Source: Promethearchaeota archaeon (GTDB lineage: Archaea; Asgardarchaeota; Lokiarchaeia; Sigyniarchaeales; SOKP01). Taken from it: a stretch of DNA of 16,885 nt. Under the pieces are notes generated by a model that made no database searches, was not told the origin of the DNA, and saw nothing but the letters and a program-made list of their open reading frames with translations. The stretch spans positions 1-16,885 of the forward strand of contig JBHLME010000097.1 in NCBI GenBank assembly GCA_048938445.1, given 5' to 3'. Of the stretch, positions 1 through 7,834 are shown piece by piece. A program made the position numbers and the translations under genes. Positions within the stretch are counted from its first letter, which is position 1. The number at the start of each line of letters is the position of its first letter.

Positions 1-111
1 ACTACTTTCATTATCAATAATTCTTGATAATATCTCTATTGAGTTCTCAAGTCCTAATTCTTCACGTCGTTGAAATACATCACGAGGAAGATTAATCTTT
101 TCTATTTGCAG
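1..111 (-). CDS. Probable 5' end of a gene running off the left edge; hypothetical protein
   Basis: Stop-free minus-strand frame from 117 to 1 (YKLQIEKINLPRDVFQRREELGLENSIEILSRIIDNESS...), bounded by TGA at 120-118. The only plausible start is CTG at 111-109. Composition is protein-like, but the start codon is non-canonical and the frame is short. Confidence 0.4.
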   Translation of the reverse strand, partial: MQIEKINLPRDVFQRREELGLENSIEILSRIIDNESS

Positions 112-184
112 TTTATATCATTAACTGATTAATTTTTAATTATACTATTATCATATTTAATCATTAAAATATTTTAATCTATCG

Positions 185-248
185 GGATCGATCATTTAGT
201 AGTTATTTCGTGATCGAGAACGGCGATAACTATCAATATTGATCATCC
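185..248. repeat. Long imperfect inverted repeat/hairpin in divergent intergenic region
   Basis: GGAT(185-188)/ATCC(245-248), GATCA(190-194)/TGATC(240-244), TAGTTAT(200-206)/ATAACTA(226-232), CGT(209-211)/ACG(220-222). It also contains the perfect palindrome ATCAATATTGAT (232-243). Confidence 0.5.
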
Positions 249-483
249 AAAAACAATAAATTATTGAGTTTCGAAAAAGATCTGTGGTATATTTTTTTAT
301 TTATTCACTCTCAATTATTTATTTTGAATAAATTTAATAAAAAAAAAAATAGTGAATCTTCTGTCAATAAAGAGGGTACTTTTATCCAAACAAAAATATA
401 AAAATATTAAAAATATGATCTTATAAATTTTTAAAAAAAATATACGTAAAAAATTTTATAATGTTTATTTAGGGGCTATAAGA

Positions 484-1284
484 ATGGTAGATTTAATTGA
501 AATTATATTCGCTGCAATTTATATTCCTATTTTAATAACAATAGCAACTTACTTGTTATACAAAGCCATAAAGATTAAAGCTAATAACGTTATTTTTATA
601 TCTTTATATTTTTACATGATTGGTTTAGATTTCCTATTTGAAACTTTTTATTTAAAAGATTTAGCATATGAAATATTTGCAATTTTCACAAATACTCCCT
701 TAATCTTGCTCATTTTTTTTATTAAATATACATTTTACAAGGAAAAAAAAAGCGCATTCAAATTTATTTTAGTTTTATTCATCATATTAAGAGTTTCAGA
801 ATTAATTTTGAGATTACCTAATAACTTTACAATCCCTCAAGACACCCCAATTACTGAATCTCAAGTTCCAATTTATTATATATTTGAAATAATAGTTATT
901 CTGAATTCGTATTTGGTCAATGGTTGGTTTTTTTACGTATCATTTCGCACTTATCGTTCTCTTGAAAACTTAAATATAGAACCATGGATAAAAAGAAGAT
1001 ATTTAATTATCTCTTATGCCATTCTATGTAGTGCAGTTTCAACTTCATTGAGTATTTTCATACCTCCAATAGGCGGGGGATACCAAGGAACATCTTTATC
1101 AATTAGCATAGCTTTATTAAAACTCCCATTTGTAATGTCATTTTATTTTGGAAGTCTAATTGGATGGATAATGCCGAAAAAATTAAAATTATATTTTAAT
1201 AAAAATTATAAAATAATTGAAGATAAAGAATTTTCTGAAGAAGAATTAATGAATTTAATAAGAAATCAATTATCTGAGAAATAA
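484..1284 (+). CDS. Hypothetical integral membrane protein, about 7 TM helices, acidic C-terminal tail
   Basis: 266 aa with about seven hydrophobic stretches separated by Lys/Arg-rich loops and tail ...EDKEFSEEELMNL. AGGGG precedes the ATG. Confidence 0.8.
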   Translation: MVDLIEIIFAAIYIPILITIATYLLYKAIKIKANNVIFISLYFYMIGLDFLFETFYLKDLAYEIFAIFTNTPLILLIFFIKYTFYKEKKSAFKFILVLFIILRVSELILRLPNNFTIPQDTPITESQVPIYYIFEIIVILNSYLVNGWFFYVSFRTYRSLENLNIEPWIKRRYLIISYAILCSAVSTSLSIFIPPIGGGYQGTSLSISIALLKLPFVMSFYFGSLIGWIMPKKLKLYFNKNYKIIEDKEFSEEELMNLIRNQLSEK

Positions 1285-1315
1285 CATCTTAAAATCGCAT
1301 TAAATAAGAGATATT

Positions 1316-2179
1316 CTATTTTATTTTTAAGAATTCAGCTAAAGGTTTTGAATGAATTGAAAAATATTTGAAAATTTTATTAAACACCTCAACTGCTCCT
1401 GGTTCATTTTCAATTAAAAAATAAGGCCCTATTCCAAATTCTTCCTTTTCATTGAGAAAAAAATGGATGATATCATTATATCGCATCATTATGAATCTAA
1501 ATCTATCAATATTATCTGTTATTTGAAATCTTTCTTTAATTTCGGGATTTTTTATCATGTTATTTATTAATTCATTATTCTCCACATCTTTTAGGATATT
1601 TTTATCAGTAATTAATTTGAGATTAATTTCATTGAGTAAATTTTTTATTGATTCATTATTCAAATCTATTTCATTAAACGTATTTTGGATGATTTCAATC
1701 CCTAAAGCAAGGCTATTCCATCCAAGTACCTTGATTTCAATTTTTTTGTTGCCTAGTTCAGCTTTTATTTGGTTTAACATCCTATTTGAAATTGTAATGA
1801 ATTGCCATTGATTAGTAATTATTGGGATATTTTTAAGAAACGGTAATAGTTCTGAAATGTATTCTGAAGGAATAAAATCAGCATCAATTTGACCAAAAAT
1901 GATGCTTGTTTTATTTAAAATTTCTAAATCATCAAGAGTATTTAAAATATAGCTTCCAAAGTTAGAAAGATAATATAATTTTTCAGATTTAAAGATTAAC
2001 TTTGCGTTTAATAATTTTTTTAAATGATCTTTAACAGTTGAGGTTTTTTCGTTTACAATTATGGAAGTATCAGTCAAGTTCAAACCGTTTTTCTTTTCTG
2101 AATATACTTTCAGTATTTTAAATGCAATTCGATTTGAAAATGAATTTAAGAAATTAAAGAAATTTGGTGAGCTAACCAT
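1316..2179 (-). CDS. Winged-HTH transcriptional regulator (ArsR-like N-terminal wHTH plus C-terminal putative effector domain)
   Basis: N-terminal 'SNRIAFKIL...LNLTDTSIIVNEKTSTVKDHLKKLLNAKLIFKSEKLYYLSNFG' fits an archaeal wHTH pattern. Divergent from the SDR genes. Confidence 0.75.
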   Translation of the reverse strand: MVSSPNFFNFLNSFSNRIAFKILKVYSEKKNGLNLTDTSIIVNEKTSTVKDHLKKLLNAKLIFKSEKLYYLSNFGSYILNTLDDLEILNKTSIIFGQIDADFIPSEYISELLPFLKNIPIITNQWQFITISNRMLNQIKAELGNKKIEIKVLGWNSLALGIEIIQNTFNEIDLNNESIKNLLNEINLKLITDKNILKDVENNELINNMIKNPEIKERFQITDNIDRFRFIMMRYNDIIHFFLNEKEEFGIGPYFLIENEPGAVEVFNKIFKYFSIHSKPLAEFLKIK

Positions 2180-2210
2180 ATTAATATTAATATCAAATTC
2201 ATTAATTTTA

Positions 2211-2244
2211 AATTTTTACGGAATTTTCGCAAAAAGTAAAAATT
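2211..2244. promoter_or_regulatory. Candidate operator: 9-bp inverted repeat between the divergent regulator and SDR genes
   Basis: AATTTTTAC (2211-2219), 16-nt spacer, GTAAAAATT (2236-2244), about 30 bp upstream of the regulator start. The AT-rich background lowers significance. Confidence 0.3.
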
Positions 2245-2456
2245 CTAAATATAACGACAATTACGCTCAATATAATATTTCTGAAATCTGGAATTTTTAT
2301 TTTAATCTAGACATATTTATTATTCCAATTATAAGAATTGGTAAAATATTTAAATTTTTAAATTTTATATAAATCAATTATCAATTCTTTTTATATTACT
2401 AAATTGAAGATATTGAGTTTAATTGTGATAAATATTATTGGGGGAGTTGGTGAGTA

Positions 2457-3437
2457 TTGAGAGTTTTATTGACGGGAGCTTTTGGTAATGTTGGAACTAG
2501 TACTTTAAAAAGCCTAATTAAGCAAGGTAATACCGTTAGATGTTTTGATATTAAAAACTCTAAAACTAAAAAGATACAGAAAAAATATATTAAAAAATAT
2601 AAATTTGAGACGTTTTGGGGTGATATTACCAACATTGACGATGTTTACCAAGCAGTGAAAGGTGTCGATTCTATTATTCACCTTGCAGGAATTATACCTC
2701 CTTTAAGTGAAAAAATCCCGGTTATAGCCTATGATGTGAATGTTAAGGGAACAGAAAATATTGTTAAATCAGTAAAAAAATTAGAAAACCAACCGATTAT
2801 AGTGTTTGCTAGCTCTTGTTCAGTTTTTGGAAAAACTATGTCTTTATCTCCTCCAAGAAATTCGAATGATCCTGTAAATCCCTCAGATAATTACACAAAT
2901 CAAAAAATAATGTGTGAAAAAATAATAAAAGAAAGCGGTTTAAATTGGGTGATCCTACGTATTGCAGCAGCATTACCCTTGAAATTACCCCTGAAATTAG
3001 ATCCGATATTATTTGAAATTCCTTTAAATCAACGGATTGAATTCTTATATACTGGTGATGCAGGTGTTGCTTTTGCTAATGCATTGAACCTTCAAGAAAA
3101 AGAAAAAATTTTATTAATTGGAGGAGGAAAGAAATGTCAAATATATCAAGAGGATTTTGTAAAAAAAATTTTAAACACAATGGGAATATCAATGCCCTCC
3201 AATTTAGCTTTTAAGCAAGTTGAGAATGATTCTGATTGGTTTTATACCGATTGGCTTGATACAGAAGAATCTCAAGACTTACTCGAATATCAAAATAATT
3301 CTTTTGAAGATTATATTGAAAAATTAAATAAAAATGGCGCCCTGCGTAGATTAGGATTAAAGATATTGAGTCCTTTAGTGAAGATGAGTCTTCTTAAAAT
3401 GTCCCCTTATTATAAACTCAATAAAAAAATTTCCTAA
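2457..3437 (+). CDS. NAD(P)-dependent epimerase/dehydratase family (extended SDR) oxidoreductase
   Basis: TGAFGNVG Rossmann motif, GDIT, HLAG, VNVKGT, ASS and catalytic YTNQK (YxxxK). TTG start preceded by SD-like GGAG/GGTGA. Confidence 0.9.
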   Translation: MRVLLTGAFGNVGTSTLKSLIKQGNTVRCFDIKNSKTKKIQKKYIKKYKFETFWGDITNIDDVYQAVKGVDSIIHLAGIIPPLSEKIPVIAYDVNVKGTENIVKSVKKLENQPIIVFASSCSVFGKTMSLSPPRNSNDPVNPSDNYTNQKIMCEKIIKESGLNWVILRIAAALPLKLPLKLDPILFEIPLNQRIEFLYTGDAGVAFANALNLQEKEKILLIGGGKKCQIYQEDFVKKILNTMGISMPSNLAFKQVENDSDWFYTDWLDTEESQDLLEYQNNSFEDYIEKLNKNGALRRLGLKILSPLVKMSLLKMSPYYKLNKKIS

Positions 3438-3557
3438 AGATATAACTGATACTTTAAAAAAGATACATGATGAATTTGTATACAATGAAATAAATAATTA
3501 CTGAATAAACTGTCTAACTAAAATGGAATATTAAAAAATAAATTAGGTGACTTAACA

Positions 3558-5108
3558 ATGGAGAAAGAGAGAGTTTTTTTACCAGGTGCCAGTGGTTCTA
3601 TGGGATTTGAGGCTTTTAGAAATTTATGGTTGAGACGAGATAAATATGATATTGTATTATTGCAACGACCATCAAAAAAAAATAAGAAAATTTTCAGATC
3701 TTATGAGAAACAATGTGGTATCAAACCTATAAAAGGTAGAGGAATTGTTGAAGGAACAGGATTAAAAATTATATGGGGTGATGCAACCAATTATGATGAT
3801 ATTTTCGAGGCATGTAAGGGAATAGATTGGTGTCTTTGTCCAATGGCTTTCATATCTCCAGCAGCAGATCGCAATCCTAAAATGGCAAAAGCAGTGAATA
3901 CAACTGCTATTGAATATATTGTGAAAGCAATTGAAGCTCAACCAAACGGAGCGGAACATATAAAATTTGTATATACTGGAACAGTTGCGGCAACCGGAGA
4001 TCGATTACCACCAATCCATATGGGGCGAATTGGTGATCCTTTAAAACCAAGTGTGTTTGATTTTTATGCTGTAACAAAAATAATGGGCGAAAGGGCAGTA
4101 TTAGAATCCAATATAAAACATTGGGCATCATTACGGCAGACTTTTATTATGATCCCTGATGTAATGTCTTTAATGGACCCTATAATGTTCCATCAACCAA
4201 TTAATTCTTTCATGGAAAATAATACTAATCGAGACGCTGGACGAGGATTAATTAACTGTCTGGACATTCCGGATGATTCGGATTTTTGGAAACGTGTTTA
4301 TAACATGGCAGGAGGTCCTTCTTGTAGGATAACCTTCTATGAATTCATGAATAAAACAATGGAAATGAATGGTGTTGGCAATACTGATGATGTCGCAGAG
4401 CGTAAATGGTTTGCATTACGTAATTTTCATATGCAATTTTATGAAGATAGCTGGATTCTCAATGAGTACATACATAACTGGGGAGATAGTGTCGAAGATT
4501 ACTTAAGAATAATGAAGGAAAATAGACCTTCTTATATTAAATTTGCTGCTTGGTTATCGGGTAAATCAAAAAGATTTAAAAAAATAGTACAAAACACGAC
4601 ACGCAAGAAATTAAAAAAACTGGCCTTAGATAAGACAGGAACGCTATATTGGTATGAAAATAAAAAAGACATGAGAATTTCAGCATTTTATAAGGACTAT
4701 GATACCTATGATGCCATACCAGATTGGGGAATAGACATGCCTCAAATAAATCCCCGACCAGAGTGGAAAAGGTTAGATCATGGGTATGATGAACAAAAAG
4801 GAACACTTAATTTAGAGGATTTAAAAGGAGCTGCTAGCTTCCGGGGTGGACAATGCCTTTCAAGCGAATGGGATGGGGACCTCTATTCAACATTAACTTG
4901 GAAATGTGCTTTTGACCATGAATTTAAAGCAAAACCATTCACAATTATAAAAGCAGGGCATTGGTGTCCAGAATGTCTAGCCCCACCATGGAATTATGAT
5001 GAAATCGCAAAAAAAAATCCTTTTTTTGCCCAAGTATGGTATCCTAACCATGATAAAAATGAACACAATTTTTATCCAGAAGATTGTTATTTAGATATTG
5101 CTGATTAA
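3558..5108 (+). CDS. Extended SDR (NAD-dependent epimerase/dehydratase family) with C-terminal Zn-ribbon-like domain
   Basis: PGASGSMG nucleotide-binding motif, GDAT, catalytic YAVTK, and C-terminal WKCAFDHEF...HWCPEC. SD AGGTGA at 3545-3550. Confidence 0.88.
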   Translation: MEKERVFLPGASGSMGFEAFRNLWLRRDKYDIVLLQRPSKKNKKIFRSYEKQCGIKPIKGRGIVEGTGLKIIWGDATNYDDIFEACKGIDWCLCPMAFISPAADRNPKMAKAVNTTAIEYIVKAIEAQPNGAEHIKFVYTGTVAATGDRLPPIHMGRIGDPLKPSVFDFYAVTKIMGERAVLESNIKHWASLRQTFIMIPDVMSLMDPIMFHQPINSFMENNTNRDAGRGLINCLDIPDDSDFWKRVYNMAGGPSCRITFYEFMNKTMEMNGVGNTDDVAERKWFALRNFHMQFYEDSWILNEYIHNWGDSVEDYLRIMKENRPSYIKFAAWLSGKSKRFKKIVQNTTRKKLKKLALDKTGTLYWYENKKDMRISAFYKDYDTYDAIPDWGIDMPQINPRPEWKRLDHGYDEQKGTLNLEDLKGAASFRGGQCLSSEWDGDLYSTLTWKCAFDHEFKAKPFTIIKAGHWCPECLAPPWNYDEIAKKNPFFAQVWYPNHDKNEHNFYPEDCYLDIAD

Positions 5109-5127
5109 ATAACTTTAAGTAAACCCA

Positions 5128-5159
5128 TTTCTTCTTTTTTTTTAACATTTTTGTTAAAA
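5128..5159 (+). terminator. Probable archaeal oligo-T terminator with short hairpin
   Basis: TTTCTTC plus T9 run (5135-5143) about 20 nt after the stop at 5108, then TTTTAACA-tttt-TGTTAAAA (5140-5159). Confidence 0.5.
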
Positions 5160-5344
5160 TAAAGGGCAAATTTAATTATATTTATTAAAATGTCGAATTA
5201 AATATATAAATAGTAGGCAGTTATATAATAATAATAATAAATTATTCAGAAAATTGTTATTTCCGATCATTATAAGGCTTATCAACGATCCAGAATGATC
5301 ATAGTAACTATTTTTAAAAAAATAGAGGTGGTGTGAAGAAATCG

Positions 5345-7282
5345 ATGGAAAATAAAAATTCTCATCGGATTGGATACTATGCTTGTCAGTGAGGGATAAA
5401 TATTCGTGGTAAAGTTGATTGCAACAAGTTAGTAGAATACGCAAAAAATATTGATGATGTCGTTATTTCAAAAAGTCATGCTTTTCTATGAACTGAAAGT
5501 GGTCAAAATGAGATTATTGAAGATATTAAAGAAAAAAAATTAGATAGAATAGTTGCTTCTGCTTGAACACCACGCACGCACGAACCCATTTATCGTGGGT
5601 CAATAGCAAAAACTGAGATAAGTCCTTATTATTTTCAGATGGTCAATGTTCGAGAGCATGTTAGCTGGTGTACCGAAGATAATGGAGAAGCGTTAGAAAA
5701 AGCAAAAATCTTGGTAAAAAGCGGAGTAGAACGTTCAAGATTATTAGAAGATATCCCTGTTAAAACTGTGCCTGTTGAACGAGCAGCTTTAATAGTAGGA
5801 GGGGGAATAGCTGGCATGAACGCAGCTTTAGATCTAGCAAATCAAGGATTAAAAGTTTATTTAGTCGAGATAAAAACGACAATAGGAGGTAGGATGGCAC
5901 AATTAGATAGGACTTTTCCTACTGATGATTGTGCGATATGAATCTGTGGGCCAAAGATGCTTGAAGTAAATCGACATGAAAATATAGAAATTATAGCTAA
6001 TTCGCAGGTTTCGAAAGTAGAAGGATATGTAGGGAATTATGAAATTACAATTAAAAAGGAACCTTGGTTTACTACAGATGAATGTAATGGCTGTGGTGCA
6101 TGTTCCGAAGTTTGTCCAGTTTACACTTCTAATTATTTTGATGAATATTTAGGTGCGCGAAAAGCTATAGATATATCGTTTGGTCAAGCCGTTCCTTTTA
6201 GGTATAATATCGATAGAAATTCATGTATTGAATGTTTTAGCTGCGTTGATGCTTGTGAATTACACGCGATTGATTTCAGTCAAGTCGAAGAAGAAGTAAA
6301 AGTAAAAGTCGGAGGGATCATTATAGCAACAGGTTGGGATATTTATGAACCGTTTGGAGAATATGGTTATGGTGAATATCTGAATGTTGTTACTCAAAAC
6401 CAATTAGAACGAATGTTAGCTCCGAATGGACCGTTAGAGGGACACGTTCGAAGGCCTTCAGATTTGAAAACACCTAAGGAAATCGTCTTTATAAATTGTG
6501 TGGGAAGCAGGGATACAGAAAGAACTTTTTGTAGTGGTGTTTGTTGTATGATAGGATTGAAGAATGCTAAACTACTCAAAGAAGAGTTTCCTGATGCTAA
6601 CATTACCATTTGCTATATAGACATGAGAACAGTTGAAAAGGGTTTCGAGGAATACTACCAAAGGGCTAAAGAATCTAATATTAGGTTAATTCGTGGGAAA
6701 GTTGGTGAAATTTCTGAAGATCCTGAAACAAAGAATATTAATCTAAGAGTTTATTCATCGTTGACCGACGAAATTATTAAGATTAAAGCAGAGCTCGTAA
6801 TTTTATCTAGTGCGGGTTTACCTTCAAAAGGTACAGGACAAATAGCTAAAGTTTTAAATTTAGATGCTGATAGAAATGGTTTTCTAACTGAATCTCATTT
6901 TGGATTAATGCCACAAGAGACTAAGACAAAAGGTATATTTATTGCAGGATGGGCTCAAGGCCCCAAGGATATAGCTTATTCGGTTTCACAAGCTAGAGCT
7001 TGTGCAAGTAAAGTTGCCGAAATGACGTCTGCAGGAGAAATAGATATTGAACTCATAGTCGCGGAGGTAGACAATGACTCTTGTATATCTTGTCAAAGAT
7101 GTGAGAAAGTATGTCCTAAAGGTGCAATTAAGATAATGGATGGAGAATATGCTGTTGTTGACGAGATAAATTGCGATGGGTGTGGAATATGTGCGACTTG
7201 CTGTCCTACTCTCGCAATTGATATAAGATATTATCGAGATGACCAATTATATGCTGAAATTGAAAGCATCCTAGGAGGTTAG
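5345..7282 (+). CDS. hdrA: Heterodisulfide reductase subunit A-like flavoprotein, selenoprotein with 4 Sec (645 aa)
   Basis: One continuous frame from ATG 5345 (alternative GTG 5333; SD-like GAGGTG 5325-5330) to TAG 7280-7282, interrupted only by TGA at 5390, 5489, 5564 and 5939 (U16, U49, U74, U199: ACQUGINI, AFLUTESG, ASAUTPRTHE, TDDCAIUICGPK). It joins ORF-track fragments 5639..5941 and 5957..7282. It contains the GGGIAG FAD motif, an inserted 2x[4Fe-4S] domain, the CVGSR...CSGVCC...K motif and a C-terminal 2x[4Fe-4S] domain. Length is typical of HdrA. Confidence 0.93.
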
Positions 7283-7287
7283 AACAA

Positions 7288-7749
7288 ATGAATGAAAAGT
7301 TAAATATTTTGATGTTTGCTTGCTTGAAATGAGGTTATAGTGCAGCAGATTTGGCTGGAGTCTCCCGTTTAAAATATACACCTTCTGTAAAAATATTGAA
7401 AGTCAGATGCACAGGAAGAATTGATATCAAGCATCTATTATTTGCTATCAAATCTGGAGCAGATGGAGTTATGATTGTAGGATGACGGCCAAATGAATGT
7501 CAGTTTAAAGATGGAAATTTTAAGGCAGAGTCTCATGTTGACCTGGCAAATCGGATTTTAGAAAGGCGTGGTTTTGGCAGCCAACGAATAAACCAATATT
7601 GGTTGAGTGGAGCAGAATCAGAGAAATTAGTCAAGAGTGTTGAGGATACTTTAGAAAAATTACTACGGATAGGTCCTAATCCCTTAAATTTAAACGGATC
7701 AAAAACAAAGAAAGAAGAAAAAGAAATAATAATAGCCCCTGTTGAATGA
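7288..7749 (+). CDS. mvhD: MvhD/VhuD/FlpD-family [2Fe-2S] subunit, selenoprotein with 2 Sec (153 aa); missed by the ORF track
   Basis: ATG 7288 with SD GGAGGT 7274-7279. Translation: MNEKLNILMFACLKUGYSAADLAGVSRLKYTPSVKILKVRCTGRIDIKHLLFAIKSGADGVMIVGURPNECQFKDGNFKA...GPNPL...APVE. TGA at 7330 (U15) and 7483 (U66) fall at conserved Cys positions. Ends at TGA 7747-7749 (TAA at 7756-7758 if read through). Confidence 0.93.
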
Positions 7750-7802
7750 ATCTTTTAATAAAATATTAGTTATAAGATGACAGACCTAGCAAAGGTAAGG
7801 GT
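7735..7802 (+). promoter_or_regulatory. Eukaryote-type SECIS element (kink-turn AUGA...GA core, apical AAA)
   Basis: 5' core AUGAA 7746-7750 and 3' core UGAC 7778-7781 (tandem G7748.A7780 / A7749.G7779). Upper helix UCUUUUAAU 7751-7759 pairs with GUUAUAAGA 7769-7777 (one U.U mismatch, one G.U). Apical loop AAAAUAUUA. Plausible lower helix CCUGUUG 7738-7744 with UAGCA..GG 7787-7795. Occupies the only sizeable intergenic gap in the operon. Folded by eye only. Confidence 0.8.
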
Positions 7803-7834
7803 ATCAATTAATAAAAAAAAATAAATATTAAATT

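Noticed and set aside
484-1284. Rhodopsin or heliorhodopsin (Lys in TM7)
   Set aside because: The context SIALLK does not match DxxxK or SxxxK, and no helix-C retinal pocket motif (e.g. RYxxW) is present.
5226-5240. (TAA)5 microsatellite; also scanned for CRISPR arrays, tRNA (including tRNA-Sec) and IS elements
   Set aside because: This is low-complexity AT-rich promoter DNA. No spaced direct repeats, cloverleaf or transposase were seen in the window.
7280-7290. TAG read-through (pyrrolysine) fusing hdrA to mvhD as in the paralog
   Set aside because: mvhD is in a different frame (offset 1943 nt from 5345) and has its own SD (GGAGGT) and ATG.
7283-7317. AUGA...UGAU mini hairpin at the mvhD start as an hdrA-specific SECIS
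   Set aside because: The upper helix is only about 5 bp (AAAGU/AUUUU), too short for a SECIS, and likely chance in AT-rich coding sequence.
5345-7749. Pseudogene or sequencing-error explanation for the broken hdrA/mvhD
   Set aside because: All six interruptions are TGA (never TAA/TAG or frameshifts), all sit at Cys columns with exact spacing, and a SECIS-like element follows.
7764-7813. Alternative hairpin (UAUUAGUU/AAUUAAUA, ACCU-AGCAA-AGGU) as a Methanococcus-type SECIS
   Set aside because: It lacks the GAA/A internal loop with a GC-rich stem. The overlapping eukaryote-type fold fits the consensus better, though this could be a competing conformer.
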